Below, piece by piece: positions 23,815 to 33,377 of a DNA stretch of 35,762 nt. The notes beneath the pieces were generated by a model. It saw nothing but the letters and a program-made list of their open reading frames with translations. It had not been told where the DNA came from and did not search any database. The position numbers and the translations under genes were made by a program. Source of the stretch: a virus (taxonomy: Duplodnaviria > Caudoviricetes); the IMG/VR virus record IMGVR_UViG_3300032294_001542, positions 1-35,762 of that record; one strand, given 5' to 3'. The stretch's first letter is position 1; each line of letters starts with the position of its first letter.

Positions 23815-26442
23815 ATGACCACTGTACCCAGTAACCTCATCCCCACGCGCATCACGCAGCTCCCTGAGTATCAGGGCGTCAGCACGGCCGGATACCTGCC
23901 CTATGTCATCGACGGCGTCACCTACAAGGTGCAGTTCAGCAACATCGCGGCTGTGGGCGCGGTGCCGTCGAGCCGGACGATCACTGGCGGGGGTGGCCTC
24001 ACCGGTGGCGGCGACCTCTCTGCTGATCGGGTCATATCTATTGCTGCTGGCGGTGTTGGTTTCAGCCAGCTTGCTAACAGCGGTGTGGTCCCGGGCACCT
24101 ACGGCGACGCCGCGAATATCCCGGTTCTAGACGTCGACGCCAAGGGGCGCGTCACCGTCGCCAGCACCACGCCGATCAACCTCAGCAACTACGTGCCGAC
24201 CTCGCGCAGCCTCATCGCTGGCGCCGGCCTGACGGGCGGCGGCACGCTGTCGGCCGACCGCACCATCTCGCTGATCCTGTCGACGGCCGCGCCCCAGTCC
24301 GGCGGCGTGCCGACTGCGGGCGTTAACAGCGTCGCGGCGCGCGAGGACCACGTGCACCCGGCCGTGGACCTGTCCGATACCACTGAGACCTCTGGCGTGC
24401 TCCCCATGTCTCGTGGCGGCACCGGCAGCAGCCTAAGCCCTGTTGCCGGTGCCGTAATGTACAGCGACGGCTCAAACGTCGACCTGTCGAACCCCGGCAC
24501 GGCCAACCAGCTTCTCTTCTCCGAGGGCTCCGCCGCGCCGACGTGGCGCAGCCTGACGGGCGGCACGACCGGCCTGATCTTCAGCCTCAGCGGCAGCGCC
24601 TACGCTCTGGGCGGCACGCTGGACATCGGCGCGGGCGGCACGGGCGCCACGACGGTGACGTCGGCGCGTGTCAACCTGCTGCCCAGCTACAGCGGCAACG
24701 CCGGGCGCGTTCTGGCCCTGAACACCGGCGGCACGGACCTCGAGTGGGTGTCCGTCGCCGGCGCGGGCACTGTCACGAGCGTCAACGCAAGCGGCGGCAC
24801 GACCGGCCTGACCTTCAGCGGCGGCCCGATCACGAGTGCCGGCACGCTGACGCTGAGCGGCACTCTGGGCCCCGTCAACGGCGGCACGGGCATCTCCAGC
24901 TACGCCGTGGGCGATCTGCTCTTCGCCAATACGACGACGCAACTCGACAAGCTGACCGTCGGCGCGACGAACTTCCTGCTGGCGTCGAACGGCACGGCCC
25001 CGGCCTACGTCGATCCGGCCACTGTCACCGTCGGCAACGCCACCAACGCGGTGAACGCCACGAGCGCGACGACTGCCACCTCGGCGACGTCGGCGACCAC
25101 CGCCACGAACGTCGCTGGCGGCGCTGCGGGCTCGATCCCGTATCAGACGGCGACGAGCACGACGGCCATGCTGGCTGCCGGCACGGGCGTGCTGGTGGGC
25201 GGCTCGACGCCGTCCTACACGATGACGCCATCGCTGACGCAGGTGACTGTCGCAGGCAACCCCTCGACCGACCTGCAAGTCGCCACGAAACAGTATGTCG
25301 ACGGGCTGGTCTCGAGCGGCATCACGTATCACACGCCGGTCAAGTACGAGGTGCCCAGCGCGACGGGCAACCTCAACGCCATCTACAACCAGCCGGGCGG
25401 TCCCGGTGTGGGCGTCGGTGCGACGCTGACCAATAACGGCACCAAGGCCGCTTTCGCCCCCGACGGCCCCACGGCGCAGGTTGGCGACCGCATCCTGATC
25501 TACAACCAGACCAACGCCTTCGAGAACGGCATCTACGAGGTTGTCACGGTCGGCACCCCGGATCCGGGCGGCACTAACTGGGTGCTGCGCCGCACGACTG
25601 ATGCCGACACCTACGGCCTGAAGAGCCCGACCTCGCTGGGTAACGGCGACGCCTTCTTCGTCACGGCGGGCGACACGGGCGCGGGCGAAACCTATGTGGT
25701 GAATACCGTCGGGACGATCACGTTCGGCTCGACGGCGATCAACTTCGTTCAGATCTCGGACAGCACGCTCTATACGGCGGGCAATGGCCTGCAGCTTACC
25801 AGCGGCACCGTCTTCAGCCTGATCAGCCCCGTCGTCACCAGCAACGGCGGCACGGGCCTGACGAGCTTCACGGCCAATGGCGCGCTGTATGCGACCTCGA
25901 CCAGCGCCCTGACGACGGGCACGCTGCCGGTCGCCTCGGGCGGCACTGGCCAGACGAGCTACACCAACGGCCAGCTTCTGATCGGCAAGACCGACGGCAC
26001 GCTCGCCAAGGCGACGCTGACGGGCGGCACCGGCATCAGCGTGACGAACGGCGACGGCACCGTGACGGTGACGAACAGCGCGCCCGATCAGGTCGTGAGC
26101 ATCACGGGCGGCACGAACATCAGCGTCACCGGCACGTACCCGAACTTCACCGTGTCGGCCACCGGCGGCGGCACCGTGACGTCGGTTGACGTGAGCGGCG
26201 GCACTACGGGCCTGACGTTCAGCGGTGGCCCGGTGACCGGCGCAGGCACGATCACGATGGCCGGAACGCTGGCTATCGCCAACGGAGGCACGAACGGCAC
26301 GGCTAACCCGGCGGCGGGCGCTGTTGCCTTCGGCACGGGTACGGCATACGGTTTCACTAGTGTTGGCACTGCGGGCCAAGTTCTGGTATCTAACGGGGCG
26401 TCAGCGCCCTCGTTCGGCGGCATTGACGGAGGTACATTCTAA
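23815..26442 (+). CDS. Tail fibre protein (proximal)
   Basis: G/T-rich; GLTGGG.LSADR, AREDHVHP, ATKQYVD, GDRIL..NQT..ENGIY and GTL....GGTG repeats; ends DGGTF. Confidence 0.85.
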   Translation: MTTVPSNLIPTRITQLPEYQGVSTAGYLPYVIDGVTYKVQFSNIAAVGAVPSSRTITGGGGLTGGGDLSADRVISIAAGGVGFSQLANSGVVPGTYGDAANIPVLDVDAKGRVTVASTTPINLSNYVPTSRSLIAGAGLTGGGTLSADRTISLILSTAAPQSGGVPTAGVNSVAAREDHVHPAVDLSDTTETSGVLPMSRGGTGSSLSPVAGAVMYSDGSNVDLSNPGTANQLLFSEGSAAPTWRSLTGGTTGLIFSLSGSAYALGGTLDIGAGGTGATTVTSARVNLLPSYSGNAGRVLALNTGGTDLEWVSVAGAGTVTSVNASGGTTGLTFSGGPITSAGTLTLSGTLGPVNGGTGISSYAVGDLLFANTTTQLDKLTVGATNFLLASNGTAPAYVDPATVTVGNATNAVNATSATTATSATSATTATNVAGGAAGSIPYQTATSTTAMLAAGTGVLVGGSTPSYTMTPSLTQVTVAGNPSTDLQVATKQYVDGLVSSGITYHTPVKYEVPSATGNLNAIYNQPGGPGVGVGATLTNNGTKAAFAPDGPTAQVGDRILIYNQTNAFENGIYEVVTVGTPDPGGTNWVLRRTTDADTYGLKSPTSLGNGDAFFVTAGDTGAGETYVVNTVGTITFGSTAINFVQISDSTLYTAGNGLQLTSGTVFSLISPVVTSNGGTGLTSFTANGALYATSTSALTTGTLPVASGGTGQTSYTNGQLLIGKTDGTLAKATLTGGTGISVTNGDGTVTVTNSAPDQVVSITGGTNISVTGTYPNFTVSATGGGTVTSVDVSGGTTGLTFSGGPVTGAGTITMAGTLAIANGGTNGTANPAAGAVAFGTGTAYGFTSVGTAGQVLVSNGASAPSFGGIDGGTF

Positions 26443-28004
26443 TGGCGGCCAGCGGCTTCACGCCCATTCAACTCTTCCGTTCGTCCACTCCGGGTGCGAC
26501 GCCGACGGCTCTCAGCCTCGCGGCGGGCGAACTGGCGCTGAATACCGCTGACGAGAAGCTGTTCTTTAAGAACGCCAGCGGCAGCGTTGTCGCGTTCTCC
26601 GGCGGCTTCACCTACACCGACGTCAAGACCGCGAACTACACCGCCAAGGCGGGCGAAGGCGTCCTGACCAGCACGACGGGCGGCGCGTTCACGGTTACGC
26701 TGCCGGCCACTCCGGCCACGGGTGTGCAGGTCGTCGTCGCCGATGCAGGCGGCGCGTGGGCCACGAACAACCTGACCATCGGGCGCAATGGCGCGACGAT
26801 TGAAGGCGTTGCAAGCGACCTGATCTGCAACATCAGCAACGTCAGTGTGACGTTGGTCTACAGCGGCACGACGTGGCAGGTCTACGCTCAGGCCGGCGGG
26901 GCTGGCGGCAGCCTTGACATTAACTCGCAGACCACGGGCACGCTGAACGTCAACCGTGGCGGTACGGGCGCAACCTCGCTGACCGCTAACGCCGTGCTGA
27001 TCGGCAATGGCACGTCCGCCGTTACGGCGGTCGCTCCGGGCACCTCGGGCAACGTGCTGACCAGCAACGGGACGTCATGGACGAGCGCGACGCCGGCGGG
27101 GGGCGCGTCTTTTCAAGAGTTTACGTCTTCAGGAACGTGGACGAAGCCGTCTTCCGCCGTGTTTGTCATGGTTGAAGTCTGGGGCGCCGGTGGTGGTGGC
27201 GCCTCAGGAGCACGCTACGATACCTCAGGAGACCCGCGAGCCGGGGGCGGCGGTGGCGGCGGGGCTTACGCCTATCGGCTTTTCCGTGCCTCCGATTTGT
27301 CCAGCACAGAGTCTGTCACGATTGGTGCAGGCGGTGCGGGCGGCGCGGCTCGAACGACAAACTCTACCGAAGGCCAAGACGGCGGAAACGGAGGAAATTC
27401 TACGTTCGGATCGTTTTTGACAGGCTATGGTGGCGGCGGAGGAAGGGGCGGCAGCGCCCAGTTCGCAGGTCAAGGCGGAAATGGTGGCGGGGTGTTGAGC
27501 GCCGCTTCGGGCTTCTCTACGGTTGGCGAGCCTTTGGCGGCTGACCCCAACTCCTCCTTTAGCCGCAGCGGCCAATTCGGCGGGGGGAACGGGGGGCTTG
27601 GCACTACAACCGGTCCGGCTTCTGGTTTTGGCGGAGCCGGGGGCGGACAGGCTTCTAACACTTCCATTGTTGGTGGGGGTATTTCGTATCAAGGCGGCAT
27701 GGGCGGCGGCGCAGGCGGTTCTATCTCGGGCGGCGGTTTGTGGAGTGCCGGCGCTGGCGGCGGCGGCATTAGCGGTATTCGCGGCGGCGGTGGCGCGGCT
27801 GGCGGAACTGGCGCGGCGGGCAGCAACGGTACGGGACGCGCTGGCGGCGGCGGCGGCGGGGCATCGTTGTCCGCCGCTGGAGGCGCGGGCGGAGCGGGCG
27901 GCGTTGCCTCTGGCGGCGGCGGTGGCGCGGGCGCGCTTAACGGCTTCAACAGTGGCGCAGGCGGCAACGGCGGCAACGGTCTTGTCCGCGTCTATAGCTG
28001 GTAA
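26442..28004 (+). CDS. Tail fibre/receptor-binding protein: Mtd-N-like N-terminus, gp34-like repeat, Gly-rich C-terminal domain
   Basis: IQLFRS..P...L..GELALNTAD.KLF; GAFTVTLPATP..G; FTSSGTWTKP...WGAGGGG. Confidence 0.85.
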   Translation: MAASGFTPIQLFRSSTPGATPTALSLAAGELALNTADEKLFFKNASGSVVAFSGGFTYTDVKTANYTAKAGEGVLTSTTGGAFTVTLPATPATGVQVVVADAGGAWATNNLTIGRNGATIEGVASDLICNISNVSVTLVYSGTTWQVYAQAGGAGGSLDINSQTTGTLNVNRGGTGATSLTANAVLIGNGTSAVTAVAPGTSGNVLTSNGTSWTSATPAGGASFQEFTSSGTWTKPSSAVFVMVEVWGAGGGGASGARYDTSGDPRAGGGGGGGAYAYRLFRASDLSSTESVTIGAGGAGGAARTTNSTEGQDGGNGGNSTFGSFLTGYGGGGGRGGSAQFAGQGGNGGGVLSAASGFSTVGEPLAADPNSSFSRSGQFGGGNGGLGTTTGPASGFGGAGGGQASNTSIVGGGISYQGGMGGGAGGSISGGGLWSAGAGGGGISGIRGGGGAAGGTGAAGSNGTGRAGGGGGGASLSAAGGAGGAGGVASGGGGGAGALNGFNSGAGGNGGNGLVRVYSW

Positions 28005-28016
28005 GGGGCTGATCTG

Positions 28017-28259
28017 ATGCGCGCAGCAATCATTGAAAACGGCGTTGTCGTCAACATCGCGGTCGCAGATCCGGACTTTGCAGCCGAACAGGGCTGGATC
28101 GTCAGCGACGTGGCGCAGATCGGCGACCTGTGGGACGGCGGGACGTTCACGTCGCCACCCGCCCCAGAGCCTGCACCGGCTCCCCAGCCGCCGACCAAGG
28201 AAGAGCTTCTCGCCCAGCTTCAGGCGCTTCAGGCGCAGATTATCGCGCTCGGGGAATGA
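28017..28259 (+). CDS. Small tail-fibre-associated protein
   Basis: AIIENGVVVNI...IGD.WDG.TF..P motif, which often follows Gly-rich fibre genes. Confidence 0.7.
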   Translation: MRAAIIENGVVVNIAVADPDFAAEQGWIVSDVAQIGDLWDGGTFTSPPAPEPAPAPQPPTKEELLAQLQALQAQIIALGE

Positions 28260-28294
28260 CCCGAGGCCGCCTTGTGATATAAGGGACACGCCCT

Positions 28295-28765
28295 ATGACG
28301 ACGCTCTCCTCGATCCTGCCTCCGGTTAATATCAGCACGGCCAGCGGCACGCTCCCGGTCGCCAACGGCGGCACCGGAACGGGCACCGCCACCGGCACGG
28401 GAAACCTCGTGCTGTCGGCAGGCCCGACCCTGACCGGAGCGATTTCCACCAACGGCTCGATGCGCCAGACGGCGCTAACTGTGGCCGCTGCCGATGTGGA
28501 CTGCTCGACCGGCAACTTCTTCACGCGAACGGTTAGCGGCAACGTGACCTTCACGTTCAGCAACCCGCCTGCCAGCGGCACGGCGTATGCCTTCACGTTT
28601 GAGATCATCCACACCAGCGGCACGATTACGTGGCCGGCTTCCGTTCGCTGGCCGGGCAACACCGCGCCGACGCTCACGACGGGCCGCACGCACTTGATCA
28701 CGTTTGTGACGGATAACGGCGGCACCATCTGGTACGGCGCTCCGCAGACCAACTATCAGGTGTAA
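28295..28765 (+). CDS. Short tail-fibre-like protein
   Basis: GTLPVANGGTG; D.STGNFF, TFSNPP, ITWPASVRWP.. APTLT. Confidence 0.75.
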   Translation: MTTLSSILPPVNISTASGTLPVANGGTGTGTATGTGNLVLSAGPTLTGAISTNGSMRQTALTVAAADVDCSTGNFFTRTVSGNVTFTFSNPPASGTAYAFTFEIIHTSGTITWPASVRWPGNTAPTLTTGRTHLITFVTDNGGTIWYGAPQTNYQV

Positions 28766-28768
28766 GCG

Positions 28769-29566
28769 ATGGACAGCGTATCTCGCGCATTGCTGATGAC
28801 GGGTGGCGAGAGCATTACGCCGCCGGGGCAGCAAGCGTATACGACGCAAGGCACGTATTCGTGGGTCGCGCCTGTTGGTGTCACCAGCGTGTCTGTCGTA
28901 TGCGTGGGTGCAGCAGGGGGCGGCAGCCCCGGCAACGGCGGCGGCGGTGGAGGGCTTGGGTATAAGAACAACATACCGGTTGTCCCCGGAAACTCTTACA
29001 CCGTGGTTGTCAGTAGCCCTGACAGCTACTTTATCAACACAAGCACAGTGCGCGGCGGTGGGGGGTCTTTTGGGAACCCCGGTTCTGGCGGAACTTATAC
29101 AGGCGACGGCGGCGGCAACGGCGGCAGGAGCGGCACCGGCAACGCAATTATGGGGGGAGGCGGGGCTGGCGGTTACTCCGGCGCTGGTGGCCAAGGTGGC
29201 TCCGGTTTTGGCTTTCCGGGACTTAGCGGCGCTGGCGGCGGCGGAGGCGGCGGCGGAAGCGGAAACTCTATTACGTCTGGTGGTGGTGGTGGTGGTGTCG
29301 GGCTACTAGGCCAAGGTTCCAATGGTGCTGGCGGCAGTGCCGCTGGCGGGGGTAGCGGTGGTTCTGGGGGTACCGCTGGCGGCGGCGGCTCCACGTTTTT
29401 TGAAGATGACAGTTTTGTGCCGGGTTCTGCCGGAACGGGCGGGCAGCGGGCCGGCGGTCAGGGCGGCGGCAACCTCGACGGGTTCAGCGCCGGCAACGGC
29501 GCTGTTCGCATCATCTGGCCCGGCAACACCCGGCTTTTCCCATCAACCAACACGGGTAACGTCTGA
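28769..29566 (+). CDS. Gly-rich receptor-binding/adhesin-like protein
   Basis: YTT.GTYSW..P.GVTSVSVVCVG; poly-Gly tracts; GAVRIIW. Confidence 0.8.
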   Translation: MDSVSRALLMTGGESITPPGQQAYTTQGTYSWVAPVGVTSVSVVCVGAAGGGSPGNGGGGGGLGYKNNIPVVPGNSYTVVVSSPDSYFINTSTVRGGGGSFGNPGSGGTYTGDGGGNGGRSGTGNAIMGGGGAGGYSGAGGQGGSGFGFPGLSGAGGGGGGGGSGNSITSGGGGGGVGLLGQGSNGAGGSAAGGGSGGSGGTAGGGGSTFFEDDSFVPGSAGTGGQRAGGQGGGNLDGFSAGNGAVRIIWPGNTRLFPSTNTGNV

Positions 29567-30036
29567 TGACCATGTTCATTCAACTCGCTGACGGCAAGCC
29601 GGTCGGCCACGCTGTCACCGAGGAAAACTTCCGCTTGCTGTTCCCGAACACGAGCTTCTCTTGGCCGTTCGTTGCGGAGGACATCGAGCCGTTGGGCTTC
29701 GGTTTGTACGACTTCAGCAGCCAGCCCGAACTGGGCGTGTTCGAGAAGGCCGTCGAAGTGACGCCGGTCAAGGACGAGTATGGCCGCTGGCGTCAGACGT
29801 GGGCTGTTGAGCCGATGAACGACGAAGAGGTCGCTGCCCGCACCGCGCAGGAGTGGGGCACGGTTCGCGGCAGGCGGAACTTCCTGCTGGATCGCAGCGA
29901 CCGCCATGTCGTCCGCGCCGTCGAAGCTGGTGAGCCTGTGCCCGCCGCGTGGGTCGCCTACCGGCAGGCGCTGCGCGACCTGCCAGCTACGCAAGCCGAT
30001 CCGTTCAACATCGTCTGGCCGGAAATGCCGAAGTGA
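29566..30036 (+). CDS. Tail fibre assembly chaperone
   Basis: W..VR..RN.LL..SD...W..YRQALRDLP..Q..PF.I.WP..P. Confidence 0.85.
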   Translation: MTMFIQLADGKPVGHAVTEENFRLLFPNTSFSWPFVAEDIEPLGFGLYDFSSQPELGVFEKAVEVTPVKDEYGRWRQTWAVEPMNDEEVAARTAQEWGTVRGRRNFLLDRSDRHVVRAVEAGEPVPAAWVAYRQALRDLPATQADPFNIVWPEMPK

Positions 30037-30386
30037 TCGAGCAGCTTATCAGCCGGGTCTTCTACGCCCGCAACCTCGCGCACTACGAGCACTGGCGCAC
30101 GAAGAGCTACGCCCAGCACAAGGCGCTGGGCAAGTTCTACGAGGACGTCGTCGAGGCGCTCGACGCGCTGGTCGAGGCACATCAGGGCCTGAACGGCCTG
30201 ATCGGCAGCATCCCGGCCCCGGCCGACACCAAGAGCGACTGCCTGAAGACGCTCAAGGCCGACGCCGAGTGGATTGAAGCAAATCACGAAGACATCTGCG
30301 GGGGCAACCGTGCGGTCGCGAACCTCATCGACAACGTCACGGGCCTCTACCTCTCGACGATCTACAAGCTCGAAAACCTCAAGTGA
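30033..30386 (+). CDS. Ferritin/Dps-like four-helix protein
   Basis: H..HW.T.SYA.HKALG.FY...D.LVE..QG...YKL..L motif (recalled as DUF5856-like; unverified); GTGA overlap. Confidence 0.75.
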   Translation: MIEQLISRVFYARNLAHYEHWRTKSYAQHKALGKFYEDVVEALDALVEAHQGLNGLIGSIPAPADTKSDCLKTLKADAEWIEANHEDICGGNRAVANLIDNVTGLYLSTIYKLENLK

Positions 30387-30393
30387 CGCGGCG

Positions 30394-30699
30394 ATGAGCA
30401 CCGAGATCCTCACCGTCAAGCTGGAGGCGCTGCACACCGACGTCTCCGAGATCAAGTCGGCCCTCGACAAGGTCTCCGAGGCGATCACGAAGCTGGCGCT
30501 CGTCGAGCAGCAGCAGAACCAGATCGCCTCGTCGCTGGAGCGCGCCTTCAAGGCCATCGGCAAGGTCGAGGACCGGCTGACGGCCCTTGAGCAGAACGCG
30601 CCGACGGTGACGGAGACGGCGAAGTGGATCGACCGTGGACTCGTCGCGCTGGCCGGCGCTGGCGCCGTTCTGATCGGGAAGACTTTCGGACTGGGTTGA
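30394..30699 (+). CDS. Coiled-coil protein with C-terminal hydrophobic helix (XhlA/holin-like)
   Basis: Heptads followed by GLVALAGAGAVLIG. Confidence 0.55.
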   Translation: MSTEILTVKLEALHTDVSEIKSALDKVSEAITKLALVEQQQNQIASSLERAFKAIGKVEDRLTALEQNAPTVTETAKWIDRGLVALAGAGAVLIGKTFGLG

Positions 30700-30751
30700 C
30701 GCCCGGCTTGCCGGCTGTGCAAGACGCCAATCCATGCTATAAGGGAGTGTC

Positions 30752-31405
30752 ATGGCCACCACGATGACCTTCACGACGCTCCAGCAGGACGTGCGGCGCT
30801 ACCTTGAGCGCGGCTCGTCCTTCGCGGCTGACCCTGTCGTATTCGAGCAGATTCCGCGCCTGATCAACCTCGCCGAGCGCCGCATCGCCCGCGAGCTGAA
30901 GATTCAAGGCTTCATCAACGTCGTCACCGGCACGTTGCAGAGCGGCGTGGCTGTGTACGACAAGCCCGACCGCTGGCGCGACACTGTCAGCATCAACATC
31001 GGCACGGGCGTGAACAACAACACGCGCAAGGTCCTCTTCGCGCGCGCCTACGAGTACCTGCTGAGCTACTGGCCGGATCGCACCGACACGGCGCAGCCCG
31101 AGTACTACAGCGAGTACGACTACGACCACTGGCTGATCGCTCCGACGCCCGACGCGGACTACCCGTTCGAGGTGCTGTACTACGAGCTGCCGCCGCTGCT
31201 CGACGACGCCGTCCAGACCAACTGGCTCACGGACTACGCGCCGCAGCTGCTCCTGTACGGCACGCTGCTCGAGGCGACGCCCTTCCTCAAGAACGACGAG
31301 CGCATCCCCGTCTGGCAGAACATGTACGACCGCGCCGCCGCGATGCTGAACGGTGAGGACCTCGCCAAGATCCTCGACCGCGCGTCGGTGCGCAAGGAGA
31401 CGTGA
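30752..31405 (+). CDS. Putative head-to-tail adaptor protein
   Basis: IPRLINLAERRI.REL, P.YY, APTPD..Y, NWL...AP.LLLYGTL.EA motifs. Confidence 0.75.
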   Translation: MATTMTFTTLQQDVRRYLERGSSFAADPVVFEQIPRLINLAERRIARELKIQGFINVVTGTLQSGVAVYDKPDRWRDTVSINIGTGVNNNTRKVLFARAYEYLLSYWPDRTDTAQPEYYSEYDYDHWLIAPTPDADYPFEVLYYELPPLLDDAVQTNWLTDYAPQLLLYGTLLEATPFLKNDERIPVWQNMYDRAAAMLNGEDLAKILDRASVRKET

Positions 31406-32175
31406 TGTACACCTTGTACAAAATCACATGCTCCGCCAACGGTAAGGCGTATGTCGGCTACACGTCGAAGACGGCGGAAGAGCGCTTTCGCGCGCACTTG
31501 CTCAACGCTAAGTGGAAGCGCCGAACAGCTTTGTACGATGCTATCCGCAAGTACGGACCGGAGGCGTTTTCAGTTGAAGTACTTCTGGCGTGCAAGGACC
31601 ATGCTTCGGCGTGCGAGCACGAGGTGCGGCTTATCGCGGAGATGAACTGCTTGCTCCCCGCCGGCTATAACATGACACTGGGCGGTGACGGCGTTCCGCT
31701 CACTGAAGAGCAGCGCGCTGCCGCAAACGCCAAAAAGCGGGGCGTTTGCAGCCCGAAACAGCTCGCAGCAAACCAGCGCCGTAGGGGGCAGAAAGTCTCC
31801 GACGAGACCCGGGCTAAGCTCAGCGCTGCGCGCAAAGGGCGGAAACAAAGCGCGGAGCACGTCGCCAAACGCGCTGCGGCGTTCCGCAAAACCATCGAGG
31901 CGCAGATCGCAGCGGGAACGCGGTCTCCGCCCCCTGAGCGCAAACCGAAACGTATTACCGCTCCTAAATTGACGCGCCCTAAAGGCCCGCGCGTTTGGAC
32001 TGCGGAAGACCGCGCTCGCGAACGCGAGAGGGCGCTTACGCAGTGGACGCCGGAAGCCCGGCAAGCTGCCCGAGAACGGGCAGCTAGACAGTGGACCGAA
32101 GAGGCCCGTAAAAAAGCCTCGGAGCAAAAGCGCGCCAGATATGCTAAGCAACGCGCGGAAAGGTTGGCCGCATGA
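31402..32175 (+). CDS. GIY-YIG family homing endonuclease with NUMOD3-like repeats
   Basis: TLYKIT...GKAYVGYT, R..H, AIRKYG.E.F, GYN.T.GG, SDETRAKLSAARKGRKQSAEH; lower GC3. Confidence 0.9.
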   Translation: MMYTLYKITCSANGKAYVGYTSKTAEERFRAHLLNAKWKRRTALYDAIRKYGPEAFSVEVLLACKDHASACEHEVRLIAEMNCLLPAGYNMTLGGDGVPLTEEQRAAANAKKRGVCSPKQLAANQRRRGQKVSDETRAKLSAARKGRKQSAEHVAKRAAAFRKTIEAQIAAGTRSPPPERKPKRITAPKLTRPKGPRVWTAEDRARERERALTQWTPEARQAARERAARQWTEEARKKASEQKRARYAKQRAERLAA

Positions 32176-33377
32176 CTAGCACCTATACGGCTGTGTTTGG
32201 TGGCACGACGATCTACCCGTCGGACGTGTCGTATCTGGCGCTCGCCCTCACGGCCGACACGGCGCTGGAGTGGCCGCTGGAGAGCAACACGCTCCTGCGG
32301 CCGGCGGCGCGCATCATCGACGTGACGCCCACCGGTGCGTACTCCATCAACCTGCCGCCCGCCGACGAGACGGGCAACGGCCAGACCATCCTCTTCAACA
32401 ACCTCGGCCCGTCGACGATCACCGTCAAGAACAGCGTGGGTGGCACGCTCCTGTCCATCGCGCAGGGCGAGCAGTGGCAGATCTACCTCGTAGACAACAC
32501 CACCGCCGCCGGCACGTGGCGCACCTTCCGCTACGGCGCGGCCACGGCGCAGGCTCAGGCCTCGGCGCTGGCCGGCTACGGCCTGACGGCCACCGGCTCG
32601 ACCCTGTCGCAGTCGGCGCCGGTCACGCTCTTCAACGCCAACTACACCGCCGGTGCCCCCGACCGCGCCAAGATGTTCGTCTGGACGGGCGGCCTTGGCA
32701 CGCTGACGCTGCCGACGGCTGCGGGCGTGGGCAGCGACTGGTTCGTCGCCGTGCGCAATGGCGGCAGCGGCAACCTCGTCGTCGACCCGCAGGGCCTCGA
32801 GACGATCAATGGCGCGGCCAGCCTGACGCTCGCGCCGGGCGACAGCGCCACGGCTGTGACGGACGGCGTCAACTGGTACACGCTGGGCCTCGGCCAGAGC
32901 GCGGTGTTCGCCTTTGACTACACCTCGGTCAACATCGGCGGCCAGAGCGGCAACTACACGCTGACGGGCGCTGAGCTGAACCGCATCGCCTACGCCTTCA
33001 CGGGCGCGCTGGCGGGCAACGTCGACATTGTCGTGCCCAAGACGACCCAGCAGTACTGGGTCTCGAACGAGACGACCGGTGCGTTCACCTTGCGCGTCAA
33101 GACCAACACCCAGTCGCCCGGCGTCCTCGTGACGCAGGGCGCTCGCGCCATCCTGTACTGCAACGGCAGCGACGTGGTGGACGCCGAGACGGGCGGCATC
33201 GCCACGCCGGTGGCCATCGCCGACGGCGGCACCGGTGCCACGACGGCGGGCGGCGCGCTGATCAATCTGGGCGGCACGGCGGTCGGCACGGCGCTCTTCA
33301 CGGCCGCCACGACCAACGACGCGTGGACGGCGCTCGGCGTAGCCCCGGCCGGCACCGTGAACGGCGGCACGTTCTAA
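32172..33377 (+). CDS. Tail-associated structural protein
   Basis: T/G/A-rich with LTLP/INLP beta repeats; ends NGGTF. Confidence 0.75.
   Translation: MTSTYTAVFGGTTIYPSDVSYLALALTADTALEWPLESNTLLRPAARIIDVTPTGAYSINLPPADETGNGQTILFNNLGPSTITVKNSVGGTLLSIAQGEQWQIYLVDNTTAAGTWRTFRYGAATAQAQASALAGYGLTATGSTLSQSAPVTLFNANYTAGAPDRAKMFVWTGGLGTLTLPTAAGVGSDWFVAVRNGGSGNLVVDPQGLETINGAASLTLAPGDSATAVTDGVNWYTLGLGQSAVFAFDYTSVNIGGQSGNYTLTGAELNRIAYAFTGALAGNVDIVVPKTTQQYWVSNETTGAFTLRVKTNTQSPGVLVTQGARAILYCNGSDVVDAETGGIATPVAIADGGTGATTAGGALINLGGTAVGTALFTAATTNDAWTALGVAPAGTVNGGTF

Noticed and set aside
23815-29566. Diversity-generating retroelement acting on the Mtd-N-like fibre
   Set aside because: No reverse transcriptase and no template/variable repeat pair differing at adenines seen in the window
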